From: Gemmatimonadales bacterium
GTDB lineage: Bacteria > Gemmatimonadota > Gemmatimonadetes > Gemmatimonadales > GWC2-71-9
Length of the DNA stretch: 64,000 nucleotides
Direction of reading: 5' to 3'
Assembly (NCBI GenBank): GCA_036559745.1
Contig: DATBSO010000050.1
Location: 35,972 to 99,971, forward strand
The notes beneath the pieces are model-generated. The model did no database searches, was not told where the DNA came from, and was given only the letters and a program-made list of their open reading frames with translations. This document shows, piece after piece, positions 7,012-16,313 of this stretch (position 1 is its first letter; every line of letters begins with the position of its first letter). Both the position numbers and the translations under genes were made by a program.

Positions 7012-9093
7012 TCAGGTCTCGACCGCGAAGTGGCGGGCAATCCGTTGAAGGTCGGACGCGACGTCGCCGAGCTCGCGGATGGCGCGCTCCAGGTCGGACT
7101 GACCCGAGGCCGCTTCCGCCGCGCGGCGAGCCAGCGCGTCGGTGTCGCTGCGGGTCCGGGTCGAGCCGGCAGCAACCCGCTCGATTTGGCCCGTCAGTCC
7201 GCTCACGGCGTCCAGCTGCTCCGCGGCCGTGGCGGCGATGGCTTCGGCGTGTCGGCCCGCCTCGCTGGTGGTCCCCACGATCGCCTCGAGTGCCTGCGCG
7301 GCGTCGGCGCTCAACTCTTCCACACCGGCAACGGCGTCCCTCCCCCGGTCCATCGTCACCGAGACCCGCGTCACCTGCGTTCCGATCTCCTCGAGCAGCG
7401 TTCGCGCCTCGCCCGCGGCGTGGAGGCTCTGCGCCGCCAGATCGCGCACTTCGTCCGCCACCACGGCGAAGCCGCGTCCCTCGGCTCCCGCACGTGCCGC
7501 CTCGATCGCGGCGTTGAGCGCGATGAGATTCGTGAGATCGGCGATCTCGCGGATCGTCCCGATGAAGCCCGTGATGCGCGCGGTGAGCGCGCCAAGGGCC
7601 GCGACCTGATCGGCGCTGGTGGAAACGAATCCCTTGAGACCCACGAGCCGGTCGATCGCCTGGCCGATCACCACCCGGTTCCGTCCCGCGACGGCGGCCG
7701 CGGTGCCGCTGGCCTGGGCGGCCTGAGCCCCCTGCGAGGCCATCGCCCGCGTAGCTGACGAGAGGAGGTCGGTGGCGCGGAGGCCTCCGGTCACGAAACT
7801 CTCGAGCTCGCTGGCCCCCTGGCGCATTCCCTGGGACGCGTCCGCGAGGGCGAGGGCGGACGCACGCAGCGACTCGGTGACGCGGGCGAGCGCGGTCACC
7901 TGCAGGCCGATCTGGTCCACGGTGCTGAGCAGCGGGCGCCGCAGCTCCGCGATGTGGATCGCCGTGGCGATCTGATTGGCGAGCGTGCTGAGCGCCATCA
8001 GATCCTTGTTCGTGTAGGCGTGGCGTTTGGGGTGGTCGACCTCCACCGTGCCGAGCAGCTCGTCGCCGAACCGGATGGGGTGGATCACGAGGCTGCCGAT
8101 GCCCGGCATCGGCGGAATGACGCGCGGCTCCCGGCGGACGTCCTTGACCACGACCACCGCGCCTCGCTCGAGCGCCTCCGTCCTGAATGGCCCGGCGCCG
8201 GCAGGCGGATCGTCGCTCATCGGACGCGCGAGGGTACCGCGGTAGGCCAGGGTCGGCCCCGACGGTCCCACGCGATAGACCCGGAAGTCCGCCCAGTCGA
8301 GAAGCCGGTAGGCGAGCCGTTCGATCTGCCCGAACGATCCCTGAAGCGTCGCATTGCTGGCGATCGACGCCTCCATGAGGTGCACCTTGTTCAGATCCTC
8401 CGCGCCGATGGCCTCCTCGAGAATTCTCCGGGTGAGCACGCCGAGGACGCCGAGCGCGAGGCTGACGGCGATCCAGCCGACGGGCGCGAGCGTGCGTACC
8501 GCCGCCACGATGACGACCGTGGCGATCAGGGTCAGCAGATAGGAGATGATCTCCCAGCGGAGAATCAGGATCTTCTCGACGTACTCGAGCTTGTCGCGAA
8601 CCAGCAGCGTGAAGTAGAAGAGCGCCCGCCCGATGAAGAAATAGAGGCAGATGAGGATGGCGGCCGCGGGCAACGCATCGAGCGAGAGCCCCGGATTCCC
8701 GCTCATCGCGAGCACTGCCGCATAGGGTCCGAACGCGGCGACGAAGGCCAGCACTTCCCGGCCCGCGTTCACCAGGCCGGCGCGCGGCAGCTTCCGGAGC
8801 CAGAGGACGTCGGACACGAACGTTCCGGCCCAGAGCGCCGCGACGACCGCCGCCGGTCCGATGCAGACCGCGCCGACGAGGGCCGGAATGGTGGACTGCG
8901 TGAGGTAGGAGTACTTGCTCAGGCGGACAGGGGCCGCGCGGAGGGCGATCACCGCCGTGGCCAGAATCACCGTGGTCACGGGCTGGAGGAGCCACCGGAG
9001 GTCGAGGGTCATTGCCGCGACAGCCGTCACCAGTCCGCCGATCCACAGCAGCTTGGCGTACCGCTCGATCAGCTTCGGCAGGTCCATGGTCAT
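7012..9093 (-). CDS. Multi-pass membrane GAF-domain methyl-accepting chemotaxis (MCP signalling domain) protein
   Basis: The N-terminal ~230 aa carries several hydrophobic helices. A GAF-like core follows (FRVYRV...[12 protein letters not shown]...[21 protein letters not shown]). The MCP hairpin tip reads [40 protein letters not shown]. No HAMP is evident. Confidence 0.8.
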   Translation of the reverse strand: MTMDLPKLIERYAKLLWIGGLVTAVAAMTLDLRWLLQPVTTVILATAVIALRAAPVRLSKYSYLTQSTIPALVGAVCIGPAAVVAALWAGTFVSDVLWLRKLPRAGLVNAGREVLAFVAAFGPYAAVLAMSGNPGLSLDALPAAAILICLYFFIGRALFYFTLLVRDKLEYVEKILILRWEIISYLLTLIATVVIVAAVRTLAPVGWIAVSLALGVLGVLTRRILEEAIGAEDLNKVHLMEASIASNATLQGSFGQIERLAYRLLDWADFRVYRVGPSGPTLAYRGTLARPMSDDPPAGAGPFRTEALERGAVVVVKDVRREPRVIPPMPGIGSLVIHPIRFGDELLGTVEVDHPKRHAYTNKDLMALSTLANQIATAIHIAELRRPLLSTVDQIGLQVTALARVTESLRASALALADASQGMRQGASELESFVTGGLRATDLLSSATRAMASQGAQAAQASGTAAAVAGRNRVVIGQAIDRLVGLKGFVSTSADQVAALGALTARITGFIGTIREIADLTNLIALNAAIEAARAGAEGRGFAVVADEVRDLAAQSLHAAGEARTLLEEIGTQVTRVSVTMDRGRDAVAGVEELSADAAQALEAIVGTTSEAGRHAEAIAATAAEQLDAVSGLTGQIERVAAGSTRTRSDTDALARRAAEAASGQSDLERAIRELGDVASDLQRIARHFAVET

Positions 9094-9884
9094 CGCAGGG
9101 CGGCCTCACGATCGAGTGCCTCGCGGAGCGACTGAAGAAAGGCGCGAACGCCCGTCACCCCGTCGCGTCCCAGCACGTCCACCAGCGCGCTCCCCACCAC
9201 CACGCCATCCGCCAGTTTCCCGACGTCCGCCGCTTGCGCCGGAGTGCTGATCCCGAACCCGACCGCGATCGGCAGCGACGTCGCATGGCGAAGCCGGGCG
9301 ATCGAGTCTCCCAGGCCCCGGGCGAGCGAGGATGTCGCTCCAGTGACACCCAGGCGGGCCACAAGATAGACGAACCCCTGGGCCCCGGTCACGGCTGCGA
9401 CCAGTCGGTCGGATCGCGTCGTCGGTGCCACCAGCCGGATGAGATCCAACGGGCTCGCCTGCACCGCGCGCTCGACTGTGGGATCGCTCCCGGCGGGGAG
9501 GTCGGTCAGCAGGAGGCCGGCCACTCCTATCGCGTCCGCTTCGCGGAGGAACCGGTCGACGCCGTACCGCAGAATCGGATTGAGGTAACTGAAGATCACC
9601 ACCGGCCGAGTGAGCCGGGCTCGGCTCACGAGCTCGAGCGTGCCCGCGAGCGTCATCCCCCGCTGAAGCGCCTCGAACGTGGAACGCTGGATGGTGGGTC
9701 CGTCGGCGAGCGGATCGCTGAACGGAACACCCACTTCGATGATGTCGGCCAGCTCGTCGGCGGCACGGAGTGCGTCGAGACTGACCTGGGGCGAGGGATA
9801 GCCGGCGGTCAGATAGGGAATCAAGGCGGTGCGCCGGTCCGTCCCGAGCGTCGCCCAGGCGGCCGAAAGCCGAGACTCAGACAA
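9090..9884 (-). CDS. trpA: Tryptophan synthase alpha chain
   Basis: [45 protein letters not shown] start as called by the ORF track. ATGA overlap with the MCP start at 9090-9093. Confidence 0.9.
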   Translation of the reverse strand: MSESRLSAAWATLGTDRRTALIPYLTAGYPSPQVSLDALRAADELADIIEVGVPFSDPLADGPTIQRSTFEALQRGMTLAGTLELVSRARLTRPVVIFSYLNPILRYGVDRFLREADAIGVAGLLLTDLPAGSDPTVERAVQASPLDLIRLVAPTTRSDRLVAAVTGAQGFVYLVARLGVTGATSSLARGLGDSIARLRHATSLPIAVGFGISTPAQAADVGKLADGVVVGSALVDVLGRDGVTGVRAFLQSLREALDREAALR

Positions 9885-11331
9885 AGTAGTCGCCGACGGT
9901 GATGCCGTATCGTTCGGGGTTGGTGACCTTGACGATCGAACGGCGGAAGGCGCCCGATTCGTCTCTCTCGGTGAGGCTGACCAGGGTTCCCGGCGGCGGG
10001 ACAGCGCCGCCGTTGACGTCGACGACGAGACGGACGAGCGGACGGTTGAGCTGTTGTCCCTCGGGATCGGGGCCGGCGACGACCCCGATCTCGAACGTAT
10101 CGAGAATGACGCAGGTGCCCACCGGATAGACGCCGATCAGGTTCACGAGGCCCTTCACCAGCAGCGTGTCGTACCCTCGCCGCGGATTCTCCAGCATCTC
10201 GCGCAGCACCTGGTCAGGCTCGATCGGCACCGTCTGGTAGGTTCGCCGGGTCGTGGCCGCATCGAACCCGTCGGCCACCGCGACGATGCGGGAGAAGATG
10301 TGCAGCTTCCGCGGGCGAATAGCCCTGGGGTACCCCGTCAAATCGGTCTTCATGTGGTGTTCGTGGGCCACCAGAATCGTCCGGAACGGCATCTCGTCGT
10401 GCGTCTTGAGATGGAAGAGCGTGAGCGTCCCGAGCCAGGGATGCCCCTGCATCACCCGCCATTCCTGCTCGTCGAGACCGGTCGTTTTGTGCAGGATCGT
10501 GAGGGGAACCCTCGCCTTGCCGACGTCGTGCAGGAGCGCGGTCATGCCGAGGTCGTACAGCTGGAGCCGGGACAGTCCGAGCTTCTTCCCGAGCGCGACG
10601 GAAAAGATGCACACGTTGACCGAGTGGGTGAACGTGTACTCGTCGTAGTCGCGGATCGTGGTGAGTCCGACGAGCGATGTCTCGTTGTTGAGCACCTGGT
10701 CCACGATGAGCTGCACGGCGCGCTTCACGCGCTTGACGCTGCTCGTGCGGCCGAGGCGGACGCCGGTCATGACGTCCTTGGTCACGGCGACGCCCTGGGA
10801 GTACACCCGCTTGGCTGCCTGACGCTGCTCCTCCGACTCGACGTCGCGGTCCTGGTGCGTCGCCCGTTCGACGAGCAATCCCTCTACGTTGCCGGCTGCG
10901 AGGCGTTGATCGAGCTCGTCGAACCGGCTTTCGGGATCCACCCGTTCGGACAGGCTGAGCAGGACGCTCAGGAAGATCTGCCACTCCCGACGGTTGGCGG
11001 ATGGCAGGACGCGAAGCGCGCCGATCTCGAAGGCACGCAGCATCGTGAGGATGTGACTGAATGACGCGTAGTTGTCGAGCTCGAGCCGGAGCCGCGTCGC
11101 ATTCACGAAGATGAAGTCACCGGCCAGCCGCAGCTCGAGCTCGGACTCGACGGCGAGCAGTGACTGCGCAGACGCCTCGAGATCGTAGAGCGCCTTTTGG
11201 ACGGTGGCGTTCTCGACGGGATAGAGCTTGAGGCTCCGGAGAGCGGCGTACAGCGCGAGGAGCAGGCCGCGGCCGCCCTGGCGGAGCTGGCCATCGGCGG
11301 CCCGGGAGGAAACTTCCCCGGCGTGACTCAC
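9877..11331 (-). CDS. HD-GYP domain c-di-GMP phosphodiesterase with an uncharacterised N-terminal domain
   Basis: THSVNV...LLHDVGK...QGHPWLG...HEHHMKTDLTGYPR...IVAVADGFDAATTRRTYQ. GTG start at 11331 forms a GTGA overlap with the upstream stop. The stop overlaps the trpA start by 8 nt. Confidence 0.8.
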   Translation of the reverse strand: MSHAGEVSSRAADGQLRQGGRGLLLALYAALRSLKLYPVENATVQKALYDLEASAQSLLAVESELELRLAGDFIFVNATRLRLELDNYASFSHILTMLRAFEIGALRVLPSANRREWQIFLSVLLSLSERVDPESRFDELDQRLAAGNVEGLLVERATHQDRDVESEEQRQAAKRVYSQGVAVTKDVMTGVRLGRTSSVKRVKRAVQLIVDQVLNNETSLVGLTTIRDYDEYTFTHSVNVCIFSVALGKKLGLSRLQLYDLGMTALLHDVGKARVPLTILHKTTGLDEQEWRVMQGHPWLGTLTLFHLKTHDEMPFRTILVAHEHHMKTDLTGYPRAIRPRKLHIFSRIVAVADGFDAATTRRTYQTVPIEPDQVLREMLENPRRGYDTLLVKGLVNLIGVYPVGTCVILDTFEIGVVAGPDPEGQQLNRPLVRLVVDVNGGAVPPPGTLVSLTERDESGAFRRSIVKVTNPERYGITVGDYFV

Positions 11332-13025
11332 GATGCGCTCTCGCGGAGGGACCGGCTCACCGCGTTGCGGACGACCAGATCCTTGTCCTCCGCGGCGCGC
11401 TGGAGGACATCCCGCGCCTCGGGCGTCCGGATCTTCCCGATCGCGATCGCGGCACACGCGCGCGTCTCGGACGCTTCCTTCATGCGGAGCAATCCCTTGG
11501 GGAGCAGGATGGCGCTCATCGCCTTGAGCCCGCCCGCGCCCGCAATGGCTCCGTACGCCTCGAAGAAGGCCATCTTCTCGGTGAGGTCCATCTCCTTGAC
11601 CGCCTTCCCGAGCACCACGGCCTCCACCCGTCGTTGCGCCCCCTTATACCCTCGCGCCGACACCACGCGGACGGCCGCGAGCCGCACACTGCGATCGGCG
11701 TCTTCGAGCGCCTTGTCCACGAGCGCCAGCGCCGCGGGCGTCCCGAGCAACGCGAGGGCCTGCACCGACGCCAGCCGGATGGCCGGGTCCCGGTGATTGG
11801 CGGTGTCGCCGAGGCCCGGCACGGTCTGATGCAGGTTCAGACGGCCACACACCGCCACCACGGCGAGCAGCGCCGGCGATTCGGGGTCGCGGAGGATCCG
11901 CAGGACCTCGGCGGTATGGGCCTCGGCCAGCCGGTCGGCGACACCTTCGAGCAGCGTGCGGAGCGGCGCCGACGACAGGTTCGGAAGCCAGGCCAGCACC
12001 GGCTCGAGCGCCGAGGCTCGGAGCTCGTTCAGTACCTCGGCCACCGACGCCTCGGTCGCCATGCCCGCGGCCTCGTCGAGCGATTGGATGAGCTGGCTGA
12101 CGATGGCGGGCTCGCTGAGACGGTCGACGAACCCCTCGAGGCGCGTCGCGTGCGCGGGCAGCACCTCGGTGCCCCGCTTGGCCAGCACGCGGCACTCCCG
12201 GATGATCGTCGCGGCAGCACGGAAATCCCGGGCATTCAGAAGATTGGGAAAGACCTGCTCCAGAATGCCGAGGATCTCCTCGCGGATCTCCTGCGGCTCC
12301 TCGAGCTCGAACAGGTCGAATACGGCGCTCAATGCGGCGCCGCGCACGTCGCGCCGGTATTCCTCTTCCAGCTCGGTGGCGATGGTGTTGATCTCGCGCT
12401 CGTCGAGGAAGTAGAGCGTCGAATCGAAGTCCTCGACGTCCACCACGCCCTTGGGGCGCGGCGGCGCTTCCTCGGCGGCCTGGGCGCGCCGCTGGTCGGC
12501 TTCCGTCGCCGCCTCCGGGCCACCCGTGTTGTAGCTCCCCGTCGCCTCGGGGAGTGAGCCGGACCCCTCGCCGAAAAATTCTATGAACTTGTACTGGATG
12601 AACTGGTACTCCTGCTCCCACAGGAGGGTGAGCAGGTCATCGCCGGCGTCGGCGGCCAGGAACCGGGCCTGATTGATCAGCTCCAGGAACCGCGTCAACT
12701 CGTCGCTTTCGGCGCCACGGTGGATCGAGAGCGACCGCATCCCATCCTTGAACAGCCCCCAGGCGATGCTCTCGCTCTTGCTGGGCTGGTGATAGACGAC
12801 CTGCTCCTCCCAGATGAAGTCGGTTTCGCCCACCGTGAGCTGCAGGTCGTCGGTGAACTCCCAGACCGGCGCGAAGGCGGCCCGCAGGTTATCGGTAGCC
12901 CGCTGGTGAATCGGATTGTTCGGCAGGTACATGTGATAGGCGCGCAGCGCCTTCACCAGGCTGTTCATCAGCTCGGTGATGTGCGCCGCGGGGAGCGCTT
13001 CGGCGGCCTGGACCTGCCGGGTCAC
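11328..13025 (-). CDS. HEAT-repeat protein (C-terminal PBS-lyase/HEAT_2-like repeats) with an N-terminal domain paralogous to that of the adjacent HD-GYP protein
   Basis: C-terminal repeats: [33 protein letters not shown]...[19 protein letters not shown] start at 13025 forms a GTGA overlap with the trpB stop. Confidence 0.65.
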   Translation of the reverse strand: MTRQVQAAEALPAAHITELMNSLVKALRAYHMYLPNNPIHQRATDNLRAAFAPVWEFTDDLQLTVGETDFIWEEQVVYHQPSKSESIAWGLFKDGMRSLSIHRGAESDELTRFLELINQARFLAADAGDDLLTLLWEQEYQFIQYKFIEFFGEGSGSLPEATGSYNTGGPEAATEADQRRAQAAEEAPPRPKGVVDVEDFDSTLYFLDEREINTIATELEEEYRRDVRGAALSAVFDLFELEEPQEIREEILGILEQVFPNLLNARDFRAAATIIRECRVLAKRGTEVLPAHATRLEGFVDRLSEPAIVSQLIQSLDEAAGMATEASVAEVLNELRASALEPVLAWLPNLSSAPLRTLLEGVADRLAEAHTAEVLRILRDPESPALLAVVAVCGRLNLHQTVPGLGDTANHRDPAIRLASVQALALLGTPAALALVDKALEDADRSVRLAAVRVVSARGYKGAQRRVEAVVLGKAVKEMDLTEKMAFFEAYGAIAGAGGLKAMSAILLPKGLLRMKEASETRACAAIAIGKIRTPEARDVLQRAAEDKDLVVRNAVSRSLRESAS

Positions 13026-14224
13026 ACTGCCTTCCCCAGGAGCGCGGCGACGTGAGCCACATCCTTGTCGCCACGACCGCTCAGACACAGCAGCACGAGC
13101 GCGTCCGATGGCCACCGGCGGCCGGTCCGACGAACCCATGCGAAGGCGTGCGCGGTTTCCAGCGCGGGGATGATCCCTTCCAAACCGCAGACCTCCTGGA
13201 ACGCGTCGAGCGCCTCGGCGTCGGTGGCCGACTCATAGACGACGCGACCACTGTCGTGCAGAAAGCTGTGCTCCGGTCCGACACCTGGGTAGTCGAGGCC
13301 GGCGGAGATCGAGTGGGCCGGTGCCACCTGGCCGTCAGCGTCCTGCAGGAGGTAGCTCAGGCTTCCGTGCAGCACACCGGGCGAGCCGGCGCCAAGCGTG
13401 GCGCTGTGATGGCCCGACGCAATGCCCTCCCCTGCGGCCTCAACCCCCACCAGCCTGACATCCGGGTCGTCGAGAAAGCCGGAGAAGATACCCATGGCAT
13501 TCGACCCGCCTCCGACACAGGCGACCACGGTATGAGGAAGCCGACCGTATCGCGACAGGACCTGCGCGCGGGCCTCGCGTCCGATCACCGACTGAAAGTC
13601 ACGCACCATGCGTGGGTAGGGATCGGGTCCCACCACTGAGCCGATGATGTAGTGCGTGGTGGGGACATTCGTGACCCAGTCGCGCAGTGCTTCGTTGGTC
13701 GCGTCCTTGAGCGTTCGCGTGCCGGACTCGACCGGCACCACCCTGGCACCCAGCAGCTCCATGCGATAGACGTTCAGCCGCTGCCGGGCGACGTCCTCCG
13801 CACCCATGTAAACCACGCAATCGAGCCCGAATCGCGCGCACACCGTCGCGGTCGCGACGCCGTGCTGGCCCGCCCCGGTCTCGGCGATGATCCGCCGCTT
13901 CCCCATCCGCAGGGCCAGGAGCGCCTGCCCGATCGTGTTGTTGATCTTGTGGGCGCCGGTGTGGTTCAAATCTTCCCGCTTCAACACCAGTGTCGCGCCC
14001 ATCTCCCGACCGAGGCGGGGCGCCTCGGAGATCGGCGACGGACGGCCGACGAATTCCGCGAGCAGACCTTCGTACTCCGCCCAGAACGCCGGGTCCGCGC
14101 GCACGGCGTCATACAGCGCGGTCAGATCGTCCAACGCCGCGACGAGCGTCTCGGGAACGTAGCGGCCACCGTAGGGGCCGAACCGTCCTCCGACCGCTCG
14201 CTCAGGAGATAGCGCTATGGGCAA
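13022..14224 (-). CDS. trpB: Tryptophan synthase beta chain
   Basis: [49 protein letters not shown]. The start is uncertain: TTG 14224 gives the usual length, and ATG 14284 is the track's call. Confidence 0.9.
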   Translation of the reverse strand: MPIALSPERAVGGRFGPYGGRYVPETLVAALDDLTALYDAVRADPAFWAEYEGLLAEFVGRPSPISEAPRLGREMGATLVLKREDLNHTGAHKINNTIGQALLALRMGKRRIIAETGAGQHGVATATVCARFGLDCVVYMGAEDVARQRLNVYRMELLGARVVPVESGTRTLKDATNEALRDWVTNVPTTHYIIGSVVGPDPYPRMVRDFQSVIGREARAQVLSRYGRLPHTVVACVGGGSNAMGIFSGFLDDPDVRLVGVEAAGEGIASGHHSATLGAGSPGVLHGSLSYLLQDADGQVAPAHSISAGLDYPGVGPEHSFLHDSGRVVYESATDAEALDAFQEVCGLEGIIPALETAHAFAWVRRTGRRWPSDALVLLCLSGRGDKDVAHVAALLGKAV

Positions 14225-14846
14225 ACACCGCCTCCATGAATCGCGCGATTTTTTCTGGATCCTTCTCCCCGGGCAGGCCTTCAACCCCGGAACTTACATC
14301 CACCACCTCGGGTCGAACGAGTGCCGCGGCCCCGACCACCGAGACAGGGGTCAGACCGCCGGCGAGGACCATCATGTGGCCGGCGAGTCGAGTTCGCGCC
14401 TCGCGCGCCAGCGACAGGTCGAGCGGGACACCGGCGCCGCCTCTGGCGTGCGCGACCATCGGCTCGACATGCACGGCGTCGGAATCGTGGATGGCTTCCT
14501 CGAGGAGATCCATGTGTTCCCGGCCGGCGATTCGGACGACGCGCCACACCCGGAGCCCATGGGCTCGAAGCGTCGTTGCGACATCGCGTCCGTAGGTACC
14601 GTGGAGTTGCGCGCCGGCCAGTCCCGCACGGTCGCTGATCCGGAGAATCTCTTCGACGGTCTGATCACCGTAAACGCCGAAGGTGGGAGTCGATCCCCCG
14701 GCGGTAGCGATCCGGGCCGCCTGGTCGACCGTGACGTGCCTCGGTCCACCAGCAAAAACGACGCCCAGGTACGAAGCGCCCGTTGCCGCGGCTCGGGCGG
14801 CGTCCTCGGGCCTGGTGAGCCCGCAGATCTTGACCTTAACGGGCAC
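14202..14846 (-). CDS. trpF: Phosphoribosylanthranilate isomerase
   Basis: [12 protein letters not shown]...YLGVVF...VQLHG...LAGGL. GTG start, with an 11-nt overlap onto the trpC stop. Confidence 0.85.
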   Translation of the reverse strand: MPVKVKICGLTRPEDAARAAATGASYLGVVFAGGPRHVTVDQAARIATAGGSTPTFGVYGDQTVEEILRISDRAGLAGAQLHGTYGRDVATTLRAHGLRVWRVVRIAGREHMDLLEEAIHDSDAVHVEPMVAHARGGAGVPLDLSLAREARTRLAGHMMVLAGGLTPVSVVGAAALVRPEVVDVSSGVEGLPGEKDPEKIARFMEAVFAHSAIS

Positions 14847-15624
14847 GGCGCGGGACCCGGATCAGGTCGCTCAGGAGCCTGCCGGGGTCGGTCGCCGCGG
14901 ACAGGGCCGTCCCGATCAGGACGGCATCGGCGCCGACGTCCGCCGCCGCCGCCACATCCCCGACGGAGGCCATGCCGCTTTCCGCCACCGCCGTGACTTC
15001 CGCCGGCAGGGTTCGAACGAGCTTCCACGCGCCGACGGTGTCGATCGTGAACGTATCGAGGTCCCGGCTGTTCACTCCCACGATGTCGGCTCCGGCTCCG
15101 AGCGCGATGTCCAGCTCGGCGGCGGTGTGAATCTCGACCAGAGACTCGAGACCCACATCGACCACGAACCGCAGCAGGTCACGGAGGCGCGACGGCTCGA
15201 GGGCGCGAACGATGAGCAGCACCGCCGAGCCGCCCGCGGCTCGTGCCTCGAGCACCTGGAGCTCGTCGAGGATGAAGTCCTTTCTCAGCACCGGCACATC
15301 GACCCGTTCGGCCACCGCGTGCAGGTCGCCGAGCGAGCCACCGAAGAAGGGACCGTCGGTGAGCACGGAGATGGCGGCCGCGCCGGCATCCGCATAGGCG
15401 GCGGCGTGCCTAGCCGGATCGAGGTCTTCCCGGATCGTGCCCGCGCTGGGGGAGCGCCGCTTCACCTCGGCGATCACGGCAACGGTCGACCCCCGCAGCG
15501 CCTGACGCAACGACAACGGAGGCGGGGCCGCCGCCGCCGCCCGCTCCAGCGCACCCCGCCGCGACCGAAGGGATGGGAGCTGCTCGCGGGTCGAGGCGAG
15601 GATCTGGTTCAGGGAAACAGGCAT
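14836..15624 (-). CDS. trpC: Indole-3-glycerol phosphate synthase
   Basis: Internal ATG (MPVSLNQIL...). Contains AVIAEVKRRSPSAG, ISVLTDGPFFGGS, PVLRKDFI, VGVNSRDL. AAGGA lies upstream. Confidence 0.9.
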   Translation of the reverse strand: MPVSLNQILASTREQLPSLRSRRGALERAAAAAPPPLSLRQALRGSTVAVIAEVKRRSPSAGTIREDLDPARHAAAYADAGAAAISVLTDGPFFGGSLGDLHAVAERVDVPVLRKDFILDELQVLEARAAGGSAVLLIVRALEPSRLRDLLRFVVDVGLESLVEIHTAAELDIALGAGADIVGVNSRDLDTFTIDTVGAWKLVRTLPAEVTAVAESGMASVGDVAAAADVGADAVLIGTALSAATDPGRLLSDLIRVPRRAR

Positions 15625-15640
15625 CTTGTCCTTCGGCCGG

Positions 15641-15672
15641 TATTCGGGTACTGTTATTCGGCCTCTATTCGG
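15641..15672. promoter_or_regulatory. Triple direct repeat TATTCGG (15641, 15655, 15666) in the trpC/lexA divergent region; candidate operator
   Basis: Read directly: ggTATTCGGgtactgtTATTCGGcctcTATTCGGtcg. Copies 2 and 3 form ATTC-N7-ATTC. Confidence 0.3.
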
Positions 15673-15703
15673 TCGCCGTCCCGCGCACTGTGGAGATCGT
15701 CCC

Positions 15704-16312
15704 ATGCCCCTGACCAAGCGCCAGAGTGAGATTCTTGGATATTTGCACGGACACATCCAGCAGCAGGGATACGCCCCGAGCTTCGAGGAGATCGCCGAGA
15801 AGTTCGGGTTTCAGTCCCTCGCCACCGTGCACGAACATCTCACCAATCTCGAGCGCAAGGGCTACATCAAGCGCGCGTATAACGAGAGCCGATCCATCGA
15901 GGTCCTGCCGCCGCGCGGCACGTCGGCCGCGAGCGAAATCCCGCTGCTGGGAAAGGTCGCGGCAGGTACTCCGATCGAGTCGCTCATGCACCAGGAGACG
16001 ATCGCCGTCCCAGACCAGATGCTCCCCCGCCGCGGTCCCAACTACGCACTTCGGGTTCAGGGCACATCGATGGTCGAGGAGCACATCCTCGACGGAGACG
16101 TAGTCGTGGTCCACGGGAAGCAAACGGCTGAGAATGGCGAAATGGTGATCGCCCTGGTCAACGGCTCCGAAGCAACGGTCAAGAAATTTTACCGCGAACC
16201 GGGTGGCTGGATCCGGCTTCAGCCGGCGAACGCCACGATGCAGCCAATGCGATTTCAGGAGCGCGACGTGCTCATTCAGGGCGTCGTCGTCGGCGTCATC
16301 CGGAAGTACTAG
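15704..16312 (+). CDS. lexA: LexA repressor (S24 peptidase)
   Basis: Internal ATG (MPLTKRQSEILGYL...). Winged-helix SFEEIAEKFGF.S..TVHEHLTNLERKGYI, cleavage site VAAG, and catalytic SM...K (VQGTSMVEEHI ... TVKKF). GGAG lies upstream. Confidence 0.92.
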   Translation: MPLTKRQSEILGYLHGHIQQQGYAPSFEEIAEKFGFQSLATVHEHLTNLERKGYIKRAYNESRSIEVLPPRGTSAASEIPLLGKVAAGTPIESLMHQETIAVPDQMLPRRGPNYALRVQGTSMVEEHILDGDVVVVHGKQTAENGEMVIALVNGSEATVKKFYREPGGWIRLQPANATMQPMRFQERDVLIQGVVVGVIRKY

Positions 16313-16313
16313 A

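Noticed and set aside
6584-9109. An 841-aa ORF spanning the folK and MCP region, and similar very long ORFs: 28499..31102 (867 aa), 40159..42345 (728 aa), 58902..61058 (718 aa), 56208..57500, and 1057..2427.
   Set aside because: These are Arg/Gly/Pro/Ala-rich, low-complexity translations with no recognisable motifs. They lie antisense or out of frame to genes with unmistakable conserved motifs (MCP, ppdK, GWxTD protein, pnp/M16, mreB, sgaA). This is the typical open-frame artefact of very GC-rich DNA. Only the last 141 codons of the 841-aa ORF (folK) are real.
15648-15662. An E. coli-type (CTGT-N8-ACAG) or Gram-positive-type (GAAC-N4-GTTC) SOS box upstream of lexA.
   Set aside because: Only a TACTGT half-site and a weak GTAC-tgtt-ATTC pseudo-palindrome are present, with no matching second half. 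I report the TATTCGG direct repeats instead, as a low-confidence candidate.
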